Shown: piece by piece, positions 1-13,688 of the stretch | Layout of the letters: each line of letters begins with the position of its first letter | How positions within the stretch are numbered: the stretch's first letter is position 1 | DNA from: Phenylobacterium sp. | Lineage (GTDB): Bacteria > Pseudomonadota > Alphaproteobacteria > Caulobacterales > Caulobacteraceae | Direction: 5' to 3' | Length of the DNA stretch: 64,000 bases | Assembly: GCF_013822795.1 (NCBI RefSeq) | Contig: NZ_PNLB01000005.1 | Span: 77,432 to 141,431, forward strand | The notes under the pieces: generated by a model | Seen by the model: only the letters and a program-made list of their open reading frames with translations | Databases searched by the model: none | Told to the model about the DNA's origin: nothing | Position numbers and translations under genes: made by a program

Positions 1-123
1 GCGCTCGCGGTAACCACCGAGGGGCGGACCAGCCTCTACAAGCCCGGCGTCGGCCGGCGCGCGACCGTCACCGTCCGCGACGGGCAGGTGAGCTGCGTTG
101 TCGGCGGCTGGTTCTCCGGCTGA
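1..123 (+). CDS. 3' end of a CDS entering from the left edge (unknown product)
   Basis: Frame +1 is open from base 1 (ALAVTTEGRTSLYKPG...GGWFSG) to TGA at 121-123, with GC-rich codons; too short to identify. Confidence 0.3.
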   Translation, partial: ALAVTTEGRTSLYKPGVGRRATVTVRDGQVSCVVGGWFSG

Positions 124-169
124 GCCCCACATCCGCGACATGACGCCCATGCGTTTCGCGCATAAGTCT

Positions 170-188
170 GTTGAGAGTAAGTCGCAGT
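170..188 (+). promoter_or_regulatory. Candidate Fur (iron) box
   Basis: gTTGAGAGTAAGTCGCAgt resembles the alphaproteobacterial TGCGA-N5-TCGCA type iron box and lies about 45 bp upstream of a siderophore receptor. Confidence 0.5.
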
Positions 189-234
189 CGCCGCTATAGA
201 GCGCGCCTCAACCAGTATGCGTGTCGGGGACTGC

Positions 235-2394
235 ATGACGAATTTCGGCGGGGCGCGGATCGCGCGTGGAGGCCTGTTGGCGGCGGGCGCGAGCCTGATC
301 GCCCTGACGATCGCGGGCGCGGCGCAGGCCCAGGATGCCCGCGGCGGCGGGACTGAAGTCTCTGAGCTGGTGATCACCGCCGCGCGCACGACCCTGCCGG
401 CCAGCGCCTTGCCGATGACCGTCGACGTGGTCGACTCCACGACGTTGTCGCAGCAGGTGGCGATCAGCGGCTCGATCGTCGATGCGGTGTCGTCGCTGTC
501 GCCGTCGTTTTCGCCGACTCGCCAGAAACTGTCGGGCAGCGGCGAGACCCTGCGCGGCCGCTCGCCGCTGTTCGCGATCAACGGCATCCCGCAATCGACC
601 CCGATCCGAGACGGCTCGCGTGACGGCTTCACCATCGACGCCTTCTTCATCGACCACGTCGAGCTGATCTACGGATCGAACGCCCTGCAGGGCATCGGCG
701 CCACTGGCGGCGTGGTCAACCAGGTGACGGTTGGTCCGCCCAAGGAAGACGGCCTGTCGGGCCGCGTCCTGGTCCAGGGCAGCACCGACGCCCAGGCGCA
801 CGGCGACGGTCTCGGCTGGAAGACGGCGGGTCTTGGCGCCTGGCGCAGGGGCGCCTTCGACGCCACCCTGGGCTTGGCCTATGAGGCGCGCGGCGCGTTC
901 TATGACGGCCACGGTAACCGCATCGGCGTCGACAACACCCAGGGCGAGATTCAGGACTCGACCAGCACTTCGATCTTCGGCCGCTTCGGCTGGCAGATCG
1001 ACGAGAGCCTGCGCCTGGACCTGATCGCCAACCGCTTCGAGCTGAAGGGCGACGGCGACTATGTGATCGTCGCGGGCGATCGCACGAAGAACCGTCCGGC
1101 CAGTTCGATGCGGGGCTCGCCGGAAGGCCGTCCGGCCGCCAACAAGGTCGAGACGGTGTCGCTGGCCCTGACCGACGACGACCTGTGGGGCGGCGATCTG
1201 AACGCCCAGCTGTTCTACAACCGCTCGCGCGACACCTTCGGCGGCGACCGCAGCGCCACCTTCCAGGACGTGCGCTTGGCCCCGGTCGGGACGCTGTTCG
1301 ACCAGTCCTCGAACGAATCCGAAAAGCTCGGCGCCCGCGCCAGCTATGAGCGTGAAGTGCCGTTCGTGCCGGGCCTGACCGGCACGCTTGGCCTCGACAC
1401 CTTGCGCGACGAGACCGCCCAGACCCTGATCGCCACCAACCGCGTCTGGGTGCCGCCGACCGAGTTCCGCAGCATCGCGCCGTTCGTGCAGGCCAACCTC
1501 GCCCTGTTCGGTGACAAGGTGCACCTGGCCGGGGGCGCGCGCTACGAGTCGGTGACCCTGAAGGTCGGCGACTACACGACGCTGGCCTCCTACGGGTCGC
1601 GGGCGGTCAGCGGCGGCGAGCCGAGCTTCGACGCCACGCTGGTCAATGGCGGGATCGTCGTGAACCCGATCGAGGGCCTGCGCCTCTACGCCAGCTACGC
1701 CGAGGGCTACACTGTGCCGGACGTCGGCCGCATCCTGCGGGCGGTGAACCGCAACGGCGTCGACGTCGACAGCTTCCTCGACATCAGCCCGGTGGTCTCC
1801 GACAACCAGGAGATCGGCGCGGAGTGGAAGCATGGGCCGATCGAGGCCAGCGCCGCCTATTTCTGGTCGAAGTCCAAGCTCGGCCAGCTGCTGGTGCTGA
1901 ACCCGGCGACCAACGTCTACGACGTCCAGCGGCAGCGCGTGGAGATCGAGGGCCTGGAGCTGAACGTCACCGCCAGGACCCCGGTCCCAGGGGTCAGCGT
2001 CAACGCCGGCTACGCCAAGCTGAAGGGCCGCGCCGACAGCAACGGCGACGGCAGCGTCGACATCGACCTGGACGGGGCGAACATCTCGCCCGACCGCTTC
2101 AATTTCGCGCTGATCTATCAGCAGGGCCCGCTGGCGGCCCGGCTGCAGAGCCAGTCCTATCTGGAGCGCGACTTCGACGGCGCCGATCCGCGCAACAACT
2201 TCGGCGGCTATACGCTGGTCGACGCATCGGTCCGCTACGAGGCGGGCTTCGGCGACGTGATCTTCAGCGTGCAGAACCTGATGGACGAGTACTATCTGAG
2301 CTACGCCTCCGACACGAGCAACCCGGCCGACAACCTGCGCTACTTCGCCGGCCGCGGGCGGGTCTTCACGCTGGGCCTGGAGCGCAAGTTCTGA
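235..2394 (+). CDS. TonB-dependent siderophore receptor (IutA/RhtA-like)
   Basis: Signal peptide, TonB box region (ELVITAAR), plug motif TLRGRSPLFAINGIPQ, C-terminal Phe (GLERKF); start ATG235 chosen over ATG217 for its GGGGA RBS. Confidence 0.92.
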   Translation: MTNFGGARIARGGLLAAGASLIALTIAGAAQAQDARGGGTEVSELVITAARTTLPASALPMTVDVVDSTTLSQQVAISGSIVDAVSSLSPSFSPTRQKLSGSGETLRGRSPLFAINGIPQSTPIRDGSRDGFTIDAFFIDHVELIYGSNALQGIGATGGVVNQVTVGPPKEDGLSGRVLVQGSTDAQAHGDGLGWKTAGLGAWRRGAFDATLGLAYEARGAFYDGHGNRIGVDNTQGEIQDSTSTSIFGRFGWQIDESLRLDLIANRFELKGDGDYVIVAGDRTKNRPASSMRGSPEGRPAANKVETVSLALTDDDLWGGDLNAQLFYNRSRDTFGGDRSATFQDVRLAPVGTLFDQSSNESEKLGARASYEREVPFVPGLTGTLGLDTLRDETAQTLIATNRVWVPPTEFRSIAPFVQANLALFGDKVHLAGGARYESVTLKVGDYTTLASYGSRAVSGGEPSFDATLVNGGIVVNPIEGLRLYASYAEGYTVPDVGRILRAVNRNGVDVDSFLDISPVVSDNQEIGAEWKHGPIEASAAYFWSKSKLGQLLVLNPATNVYDVQRQRVEIEGLELNVTARTPVPGVSVNAGYAKLKGRADSNGDGSVDIDLDGANISPDRFNFALIYQQGPLAARLQSQSYLERDFDGADPRNNFGGYTLVDASVRYEAGFGDVIFSVQNLMDEYYLSYASDTSNPADNLRYFAGRGRVFTLGLERKF

Positions 2395-3494
2395 TGCCGA
2401 CCCTGAGGCTGCTGCACCGATGGGCCGGGGGCCTGATCGGCCTCTTCCTGGCGGTGCTCGGCCTCTCGGGGGCGCTGCTGGTCCACAAGGACGCCTATCT
2501 GCGCGCCACCCTGCCGCACGCCGCGGACGCTCAGCGGCAGGACGTCGCCAGCATCGCCGCGGCGGCCGAGAAGATCTTCACTGCGCCCGATGCGCCGCGC
2601 TCGATCGTCCTGGCCAGCGAGCGGCTGGGCCTTCACCGGCTGAACTATGGCGAGGGCGACCGCGGCGCCTATGCCGACCAGACCGGCGCGATCGTCGCGA
2701 CCTGGACCTCGAAATGGGAGCGGCCGGAGGTCTGGCTGTTCGACCTGCACCATCACCTGCTGACCGGCGACGCGGGCGAGCTCGCGGCCGGGATCATGGC
2801 GCTGGTCGGGCTCGGCTTCGTGATCACCGGGGTGATCCTTTGGTGGCCGGCGCGGCGGCTGTTCGCGTTTCGCCTCTGGCCATCGAACCTGACCCGCAAC
2901 GGCGTCGTGCGCCAGCATCGCGACCTGGGCGTGGTCACCGCGCCGCTGCTGTTCGTCTCGATGCTGACCGGGGTGATGATGACCCTGCCGGCGGTCGAGG
3001 ATGTGTTGCTCGCCCCGTTCTCCAAGCCCTCGGTCATGGCCGCGGCCCAGAAGCCGCCGACGGCGAAGGGCGGGGCGCTGTCGCCCGACATCGATTACGG
3101 CGCCCTGATCGCCACGGCGCGGGCCAAGTATCCGGACGCGGAACTCCGGATCATCAGCCTGCCGGCCAAGCCGGGCGGACTGATTTCGCTGCGGGTGCGC
3201 CAGCAGGCCGAATGGCTGCCGAACGGGCGCACCATGTTCTGGTTCGATCCCGCTGACGGCCGTCTGGTCGAGAGCCGCGACGCCCTGACTCTGCCGTTGG
3301 GCGTGCGGATCGCCAACGCCGAGTATCCGATCCATGCGGCCAAGGTCGGCGGGCTGGCCTACCGGCTGGTGATGACGGTGTCGGGGCTGACCCTCGCCCT
3401 GCTGGGCAGCCTGGCCGTGTGGACCTTCTGGGCGGGGCCCAAGACCCATAAGCGCAAGCGGCCCAAGCGCGCCCCTGCCGCCAAGGCGGCCTGA
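2394..3494 (+). CDS. PepSY-associated TM helix domain protein (iron-reductase-like)
   Basis: LHRWAG, DLHHHLL, HRDLG and IHAAK His motifs; ATGA overlap with the receptor stop. Confidence 0.88.
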   Translation: MPTLRLLHRWAGGLIGLFLAVLGLSGALLVHKDAYLRATLPHAADAQRQDVASIAAAAEKIFTAPDAPRSIVLASERLGLHRLNYGEGDRGAYADQTGAIVATWTSKWERPEVWLFDLHHHLLTGDAGELAAGIMALVGLGFVITGVILWWPARRLFAFRLWPSNLTRNGVVRQHRDLGVVTAPLLFVSMLTGVMMTLPAVEDVLLAPFSKPSVMAAAQKPPTAKGGALSPDIDYGALIATARAKYPDAELRIISLPAKPGGLISLRVRQQAEWLPNGRTMFWFDPADGRLVESRDALTLPLGVRIANAEYPIHAAKVGGLAYRLVMTVSGLTLALLGSLAVWTFWAGPKTHKRKRPKRAPAAKAA

Positions 3495-3597
3495 AAGCAT
3501 TTTCGATCATCTACGATCATAAATGATCTCGATTTCATCGCGCGGTGGTATAGCATCGCTGCGAACAGCGCCGGGTGGTGGGCGTGGGAGGAAATCG

Positions 3598-5181
3598 ATG
3601 ACGTCATGCAATCGCCGGGCGGCGACCTTCGCCGCCGCGCTGGCCCTGCTGGCCGGCGCCTGCGCCCAGCCGGCGATGAGCCAGTCCCCGCCCTCGTCCG
3701 GCGCGCCGGTCGAGGCGCAGATCGATAGCGGCGCCCTGCGCGGCCGTGAGGCCGGCGGGATCAAGTCGTTCAAGGGCATTCCCTATGCGGCCCCGCCGGT
3801 CGGCGAGCTGCGCTGGCGCGCGCCGGCCGCGCCCGCGGCGTGGAGCGGCGTGCGCGAAGCTGATCAATATGGATCGGACTGCATCCAGAACCGGGTCTCC
3901 TGGGACAAGACCCAGTCGGCCCAGCCCACCAGCGAGGACTGCCTGACCCTCAACGTCTGGGCCCCGGCCGCGGCGAAGAAGGCCCCGGTGATGGTCTGGA
4001 TTCACGGCGGCGGCTTTGTCATGGGCTCGGGCAGCCAGCCGATCTTCGACGGCGCCAAGCTCGCGGCCCGCGACGTGGTGGTGGTGACCTTCAACTACCG
4101 GCTCGGGCGGTTCGGCTTCTTCGCCCATCCGGCCCTGACGCGGGAAACGGCCGGCTCTGCGACCGGCAACTTCGCCTTCATGGACCAGGTGGCGGCGCTG
4201 GAGTGGGTGAAGCGCAACATCGCCGCGTTCGGCGGCGACCCGGGCAACGTGACCATCTTCGGCGAGTCGGCGGGCGGCGGCTCGGTCAACCAGCTGATGC
4301 TGGCCCAGCCGGCGCGCGGACTGTTCCACAAGGCGATCGCCCAGTCCGGCGGCGGCCGCGACGTGCTGCCGCTGCTCTCGACCGAGCGGGCCGGCAAGCC
4401 GGCGGCCGAGGCGGTCGGCGCAGCCTTCGCGACCAAGGCCGGAGTGAAGGGCGAGGACTTGTCGGCGCTGCGGGCGCTGAGCGCCGACAAGCTGCGCGGC
4501 AAGCTCGACCTGCTGAACCAGGAGGCCGACACCTATTCCGGGCCGATGATCGACGGGGTGCTGGTGGCCAGCGACGTCGCCGCGGGCTTTGCGGCCGGCC
4601 GCCAGGCCAAGGTCCCCTATTTGGTCGGCGCCAACAGCGACGAGCTGGGCTTCCTGCCGGGGTTCCTGCGCGGGCCGATGGCGGCCAAGACCCTGAAGGA
4701 GATCGGCGCCGGCGACGAGATTCAAGCGGCGTATGGGTCGAAATCGGCGCTCGACGCCCAGCTGACCAGCGACGTCACCTTCGTCGAACCGGCGCGGCAT
4801 CTGGCGGCGGTGCAGGCGGCGAGCGGCGCGCCGACCTGGCTCTACAGCTTCGGCTATGTACCGGAGGCCAAGCGCAAGTCGCAGAAGGGCGCCGGCCACG
4901 CGACGGAGCTGGCCTTCGTGTTCGGCGACCTGGCGGCGGCCGGCGACATCGACGAGACTCCGGCCGACGGGGCCGCCGCGCGACTGGTCGGCGACTACTG
5001 GACCGCCTTCGCGCGCACTGGCGATCCCAACGGCGGCGGCCGGCCGGCCTGGCCCGCCTATGCCCGCGCATCCGACCAGCGGCTGGCGATCGGCAACGAC
5101 GGCGCGGCGGCGTCGAAGGCCGGCACCGCGGCGCTGGACGCCCTCGGCGCGCACCAGGACAAGGTCGCCGCCGGCCGCTAA
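3598..5181 (+). CDS. Exported type-B carboxylesterase/lipase
   Basis: FKGIPYA, SEDCL, WIHGGG, GESAG nucleophile elbow, NSDE and GAGH triad residues; signal peptide. Confidence 0.93.
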   Translation: MTSCNRRAATFAAALALLAGACAQPAMSQSPPSSGAPVEAQIDSGALRGREAGGIKSFKGIPYAAPPVGELRWRAPAAPAAWSGVREADQYGSDCIQNRVSWDKTQSAQPTSEDCLTLNVWAPAAAKKAPVMVWIHGGGFVMGSGSQPIFDGAKLAARDVVVVTFNYRLGRFGFFAHPALTRETAGSATGNFAFMDQVAALEWVKRNIAAFGGDPGNVTIFGESAGGGSVNQLMLAQPARGLFHKAIAQSGGGRDVLPLLSTERAGKPAAEAVGAAFATKAGVKGEDLSALRALSADKLRGKLDLLNQEADTYSGPMIDGVLVASDVAAGFAAGRQAKVPYLVGANSDELGFLPGFLRGPMAAKTLKEIGAGDEIQAAYGSKSALDAQLTSDVTFVEPARHLAAVQAASGAPTWLYSFGYVPEAKRKSQKGAGHATELAFVFGDLAAAGDIDETPADGAAARLVGDYWTAFARTGDPNGGGRPAWPAYARASDQRLAIGNDGAAASKAGTAALDALGAHQDKVAAGR

Positions 5182-5253
5182 TGCGACGGCTTCGGCGAAC
5201 GTCGCTCGCAAATGTCTGGCGGGCGGTATGCTGGCGCGGCTAAGCTCCGCGGC

Positions 5254-6420
5254 ATGAATCCGCGTATTTTCGTTCTGACCATGGTGACGTTCGCGTTCGG
5301 GTCGGGCGCCTTCATCTTTGCTGGTCTGCTGGAGACCCTGGCCGCCGACCTTGGCGTCACCACCGCCGTGGCCGGCCAGCTGCAGACGGTGTTCGTGCTG
5401 ACCTCGGCGGTGCTGGGTCCGGTCGCGGCCTGGCTGTTCGCGCGGGTCGACCGCAAGGTGATGGTGATCGTGGGCCTGAGCCTTGGCCTGCTGCTGCACA
5501 TCGCCTGCGCCCTGACCCCGAACTTCGAGACGCTGATGGTGCTGCGGGCGCTGGCGGGTCTCGCCGGCGCGATGTCGGGCCCGGCCGCCAGCGTCGCGGC
5601 CGCCTCGCTGGCCCCGCCGGAGCGGCGCGGCTCGGCGCTGGCGATGGTCTCGGGCGGCATGACCCTGGCCTTCGTGGTCGGCATTCCGATCGGCAGCGTG
5701 GTCGGCGACATCTTCGGCTGGCGCGCGACCTTCATCACCGCCGCGACGCTGTCGGCGATCGCCCTGGCCGGCGTGCTGCTGTTCCTGCCGCGGGTGCCGG
5801 CGCCGCCCAAGCGCGCAGGCGGAAGCCTCGACCTGCCGGCGATCTGGCCGCTCTACCTGACCACCTTCCTGGCCTTCGCGGCCAACATGACCCTGAATCT
5901 CTACATCGCGCCGATCGTGCGGGTGGGGGCCGGCGTCACCGGCGCAGGCGTCGGCGCCTTCCAGTCGATGATCGGCTTCGGCTCCATCGTCGGCCTGTGG
6001 CTGGGCGCGCGGGCGGCCGACCGCGACCTGGGCCGCAGCTGGATCCTGACCGGCTTCGCCATCCAGGCGACGGCCATGACCATCCATTTCGCCGCCACCC
6101 ACCAGGTCGCGCCAGCCGGCTGGCCGAGCGCGGCGCTGGTCGCGCTAGGCATCTTCGTGGCGGCCACGGCGCTGTTCTCTATCACCCCGGTGATCCAGGC
6201 GCGGCTGATCTCGATGACCGAGGGCGCGCCGGTGGCCCTGGCGCTGAACGGCTCGGTGATCTCGGTCGGTCAGGCGTTGGGCTCGGCCATGGGCGGGCTG
6301 GCCTTGGCCACCTACGGCGTGCCGGCGATCCCCGGCGCGGCGCTGACCATGTCGCTGGCGGCCCTGACCACCCTGGCCTTCGTGTTCCCAAGGCCGCGGG
6401 CGGCCGCGGTCAGGCCCTAA
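5254..6420 (+). CDS. MFS transporter (DHA1/AraJ-like)
   Basis: About 12 hydrophobic segments; ARVDRK loop motif and GIPIG motif. Confidence 0.88.
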   Translation: MNPRIFVLTMVTFAFGSGAFIFAGLLETLAADLGVTTAVAGQLQTVFVLTSAVLGPVAAWLFARVDRKVMVIVGLSLGLLLHIACALTPNFETLMVLRALAGLAGAMSGPAASVAAASLAPPERRGSALAMVSGGMTLAFVVGIPIGSVVGDIFGWRATFITAATLSAIALAGVLLFLPRVPAPPKRAGGSLDLPAIWPLYLTTFLAFAANMTLNLYIAPIVRVGAGVTGAGVGAFQSMIGFGSIVGLWLGARAADRDLGRSWILTGFAIQATAMTIHFAATHQVAPAGWPSAALVALGIFVAATALFSITPVIQARLISMTEGAPVALALNGSVISVGQALGSAMGGLALATYGVPAIPGAALTMSLAALTTLAFVFPRPRAAAVRP

Positions 6421-6515
6421 GCCCGTAAAAGGTCGCAGCCGGTCTGCGACAGTTCGCCGGCGGTCCGAGGCCGCGCGGTAACCGGGTGGAAAACATGTTC
6501 GTTGAACATGCATGG

Positions 6516-6830
6516 ATGCGGCATTCGCCTTCCTCATCCCGGCCCACGTGGCTCGCGCCGGCCATCTTGGCCCTCGCCAGCTTCGTCGCCGTGCCCGTCC
6601 TGGCTGCCGCCCCCCGCGATCCGAAGGTCGCCGCTGCGGTCTTCCCGCCGTGGTGGTCGCGCTCGGCGGCTCTGGCTGCAGCCGACGACGCCGGCGAGAT
6701 CCTCGCCGTCGGCAGGGCCCCATTCATCGTCATCGTCCGCTCCATCGACGGCGATGTCGCGCCCCGTCTGCGCGCCACAGGCGCGCTTCTTGTTCTCGAT
6801 CCCCAAGCTGCCGGCCCCTGCGCCGGCTGA
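6516..6830 (+). CDS. Small exported/membrane hypothetical protein (VFPPWW motif) upstream of the MCP
   Basis: N-terminal hydrophobic segment, AVFPPWWS motif, ends LDPxAAGPC; 14 bp upstream of the MCP in the same orientation. Confidence 0.7.
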   Translation: MRHSPSSSRPTWLAPAILALASFVAVPVLAAAPRDPKVAAAVFPPWWSRSAALAAADDAGEILAVGRAPFIVIVRSIDGDVAPRLRATGALLVLDPQAAGPCAG

Positions 6831-6844
6831 ACGTGAATTCAGGT

Positions 6845-8431
6845 ATGTTTCAGTCGATCACCGACCAGCGGCGCTTTGGCGACGTGCTTCTGACCGCGGC
6901 CCTTTGGCTGCTCTGCCCGCTCATTGCGGCGTCCGCCGCAATGGTGGGGGCCAACTGGATCGGGCTTGGGCTCGGCGGCGCAGGGTTCGCCCTGGCCGCG
7001 ACCCTGGTGGGCCGCATCGATCGCAGCGGCGGGCTGCGGATGACCATCGCCATCTGCTTGATGGGCTCGGTGTCGCTGCTGGTGGCCGCGTTCAAGGGCC
7101 ATGCCTGGCAGATCGACATGCACATGACCTATTTCGCCGCCCTGGCGGTCCTGATCGTCTATTGCGACTGGCGGGTCATCGCGCTCGGCGCCGTGGCGGT
7201 CGCGGTGCATCACCTGATGCTCAGCTTCGTGCTCCCCGCGGCGGTGTTTCCCGGCAGCGGCGACCTGATGCGGGTGACCCTGCACGCGGTGATTCTGGTG
7301 GTCGAGGCGGGCGTTCTGATCGCCGCGGCGCACAGCGTCAGCGAGCTGTTCACGCGGTCGAACGCGGCGCTGGCCAAGGCCGATCTGGCGCTCGCCGAGG
7401 CCGAGACGGCGCGCCTGGCGGCGGAAGACGCGCGCGCCGCCGAGAACACCGCCAGCCATGAACGCCTGGCTCTGCAAGCGGCGACCGATCGTGAGAGCGC
7501 CGAACTGGCGGAGGGGCTCGCCGAGGGCCTGCGCCGCTTGGCGGACGGCGACCTAGCCTATCAGATCACGCGCGCCTTCCCCGATCGCTATGAGCCGATG
7601 CGGCGGGATTTCAACGCCGCCGTGGCGCGGCTCGCCCAGGCGATCGGCGAGGTTGCGGCCTCCACCCAGGCGCTGAGCCACGGCGTGGGCCAGATCTCGG
7701 AAGGCGCCGATCAGCTGTCGCACCGCACCGAACGCCAAGCCGCCAGCCTGGCGGAGACGGCCAGCGCGCTGGCGATGGTGACCGAGGCGGTCCGCCGCAC
7801 CGCCAGCGGCGCCAGCTCCGCCGCCGGGGTGGTGCTATCGGCGCGCGGTGATGCGCAGTCGTCGGGAGAGGTCGTCCGTCAGGCGGTCGAGGCGATGGGC
7901 GCGATCGAGCGCTCGGCCGAGGAGATCGGTCAGATCGTCGGGGTGATCGACGAAATCGCTTTTCAGACCAATCTGCTGGCGCTGAACGCCGGGGTCGAGG
8001 CCGCGCGGGCCGGAGACGCCGGCAGGGGGTTTGCGGTCGTCGCCTCGGAGGTCCGCGCCCTGGCCCAACGCTCGGCCGAGGCCGCCAAAGAAATCAAGGC
8101 GTTGATCAGTGCGTCGGCGACCCAGGTCGGCCAGGGCGTCAGGTTGGTCGGCGAGACCGGCACGGCGCTGTCACGCATCGTCGGCCGGGTGGCCGAGGTG
8201 GATGACCTGGTCTCCCAGATCGCGGCGGCCGCGTCCGAGCAGTCGGGCAGCCTGAACGAGGTCAACCTCGCGGTGGTCCAGATGGATCAGGTGACGCAGG
8301 CGAACGCCGCGATGGTGGAGGAGTCTTCCGCCGCCAGCCGAGCCCTCTCGACGGAAGCCGAAGGCCTCGCCATCGCGGTGCGCCGCTTCAGGGTGGCCGA
8401 TGACCGCACGGGCGTCGTCCGCGCGGCCTGA
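6845..8431 (+). CDS. Methyl-accepting chemotaxis protein with a multi-pass His-rich membrane sensor
   Basis: Signalling tip [24 protein letters not shown] segment, and an N-terminal multi-TM region with DMHM, HHL and LHAV. Confidence 0.93.
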   Translation: MFQSITDQRRFGDVLLTAALWLLCPLIAASAAMVGANWIGLGLGGAGFALAATLVGRIDRSGGLRMTIAICLMGSVSLLVAAFKGHAWQIDMHMTYFAALAVLIVYCDWRVIALGAVAVAVHHLMLSFVLPAAVFPGSGDLMRVTLHAVILVVEAGVLIAAAHSVSELFTRSNAALAKADLALAEAETARLAAEDARAAENTASHERLALQAATDRESAELAEGLAEGLRRLADGDLAYQITRAFPDRYEPMRRDFNAAVARLAQAIGEVAASTQALSHGVGQISEGADQLSHRTERQAASLAETASALAMVTEAVRRTASGASSAAGVVLSARGDAQSSGEVVRQAVEAMGAIERSAEEIGQIVGVIDEIAFQTNLLALNAGVEAARAGDAGRGFAVVASEVRALAQRSAEAAKEIKALISASATQVGQGVRLVGETGTALSRIVGRVAEVDDLVSQIAAAASEQSGSLNEVNLAVVQMDQVTQANAAMVEESSAASRALSTEAEGLAIAVRRFRVADDRTGVVRAA

Positions 8432-8451
8432 CGGCGGATAGGACCCGAGGC

Positions 8452-12017
<3,566 letters not shown>

Positions 12018-12100
12018 CGCCGCGTCATAGCGGGTTTCGCGCCCCGGGGCGAAGGCTTGAGCGCGGGGTGGAAACAGGTACGCTACAGCCGGGGGTTGCG

Positions 12101-13678
12101 ATGAATTCAATACAATCGATCTGGCTCGGCGCGATCGCGCTCGCGGCGCTGGCGGTGAGCTCGCCGGGCTTGGCGGCGGCGCCGCCTGCAGTCGTCACCA
12201 ATCCCGACTGGCTGGAGCAGCCAAGCCGCGAGGACGTGTCGAATCATTTCCCCAAGGTCGCGGAGGCGTTGGGCGTCAGTGGACGGGCAGTCGTCACTTG
12301 CAAGGTGGATTCCTATGGCAAGCTCGAGGACTGCGAGCACGGCTTTGCGCAACCGCCGGAGTTGGGTTTCGGCGAGGCGGCGCTGGCGATGAGCGGCTTG
12401 TTTCGAATGAAGCCGAAGTTGATCGATGGGCGACCGGTCGAGGGCGGCGTGGTGCGGATTCCGATCCGCTTTTCGTTGCCGAAGGCGAGCACGGAGCCAA
12501 CGGCTTCGAAGGCGACGCCGCAGGAGCTGGCCGAGGCGCGCAAGCTGATCGCGATCATCGGCCCGCAGGTTACGGCAGTTCTCGATGCCGTCGTTGACAG
12601 AGAAGATCTGGCGGATCCTGGGGTCAGCGCCGAAACCGTCGAGGCCGCCCGGACGGCTTTGCGAGGCGCTCTGCCGACGGCCAAGGAGCGTCTGCTCGCG
12701 GCTGCGGCCGAGGTTTACGCCGAGCGTTTCGACGTCGCGGAGATGAGAGCCATCACAGCCTTCCTCGGTACGCCCGCCGGCAAGATCTCGCTCGGCCGCG
12801 AGGTCGCTTCGATGGAGGTGTTCGAAGGGGCGATTTTGGACGGCCTGCTATTGGTGTTGAGCCAGGCGCGGTCCGAGTTCTGCGCGGCCCGCAACTGCGA
12901 TGCGACACCTAGTCCGGCCGAGCTGCGCACTCTGGAAGCGAGCGCGGCGACGATCGTGGCGCCGGAATGGAGAGAAGCGCCGTCGGACGATCAAGTGTGG
13001 GACGCCTTCCCTGCGGCCGCCAAGGTGCTTGGCGTCAGCGGTTGGGCGCAATTGAAATGCAAGGTCGACCCGATGGGGTTGCTTGCCGGCTGCGCCATGC
13101 TGATGGAGCGCCCCGTTGGTCAAGGGTTCGGCGACGCCGCGATGTCGCTCGCGCCGCGTTTCCGGCTGACGCCCCCGCTCATGGTGCAGGGCGCGGCCGG
13201 TGAGACGGCCAACCTCTTCGTGCCCTTCATCGCCTCTGAGCGGCCAAATCCGATCGCAGGCGCGACGCCGAAAGCGCCCTCTGAGTTGGCCCGCCGCCTG
13301 GCGGCCGAGGACGGCTTCACGGCCCGTGAACTGGGTCAGGCCACCCTGCTCGGCATCCTTGCGGCAGACACCATGACACCGTCGCCAGCAGACGTGGCGT
13401 CCGAGGCCGAAGGGGCGCTGACCCGCGCCTTCGAAGCCTGGCTGCCGACGCTGCTCGACGTCTTGGCGGTGACCTACGATCGAGTGTTCACCCCGGAGCA
13501 GCTTGCGGAGGTGCTGGCCTTCCGGCGCAGCGCCGCCGGCCGCGCCTGGGTCGAGAAGGAGCCCGGCGCGGATGAGGCGCTGGAGCCGTGGCTCGAAGCG
13601 ATCGCCGACACCATGACCGTGGAGGCGCGGAAGGCCTTCTGTACGAACCGCCGGTGCGAGATCGAGACGTCGCGTTGA
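12101..13678 (+). CDS. Secreted protein with tandem (TonB C-terminal domain + DUF2059-like domain) x2
   Basis: Two TonB_C repeats ([20 protein letters not shown] / [20 protein letters not shown]), each followed by a Y-x-x-x-F..AF..(T/S)xAG DUF2059-like segment; cleavable signal peptide. Confidence 0.75.
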   Translation: MNSIQSIWLGAIALAALAVSSPGLAAAPPAVVTNPDWLEQPSREDVSNHFPKVAEALGVSGRAVVTCKVDSYGKLEDCEHGFAQPPELGFGEAALAMSGLFRMKPKLIDGRPVEGGVVRIPIRFSLPKASTEPTASKATPQELAEARKLIAIIGPQVTAVLDAVVDREDLADPGVSAETVEAARTALRGALPTAKERLLAAAAEVYAERFDVAEMRAITAFLGTPAGKISLGREVASMEVFEGAILDGLLLVLSQARSEFCAARNCDATPSPAELRTLEASAATIVAPEWREAPSDDQVWDAFPAAAKVLGVSGWAQLKCKVDPMGLLAGCAMLMERPVGQGFGDAAMSLAPRFRLTPPLMVQGAAGETANLFVPFIASERPNPIAGATPKAPSELARRLAAEDGFTARELGQATLLGILAADTMTPSPADVASEAEGALTRAFEAWLPTLLDVLAVTYDRVFTPEQLAEVLAFRRSAAGRAWVEKEPGADEALEPWLEAIADTMTVEARKAFCTNRRCEIETSR

Positions 13679-13688
13679 GCGCCGCGGG

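Noticed and set aside
208-1833. Long antisense or alternate-frame ORFs (e.g. 208-1833, 3604-6102, 8557-11535, 35174-36862, 38152-40044, 62588-63985)
   Set aside because: Shadow ORFs typical of high-GC DNA; they overlap clearly recognisable genes and have no motifs
6421-6490. Hairpin GTCGCAG-N5-CTGCGAC upstream of the MCP operon as a c-di-GMP riboswitch
   Set aside because: The conserved GGCAAA/GAAA-receptor features of c-di-GMP-I and the class II pattern are absent
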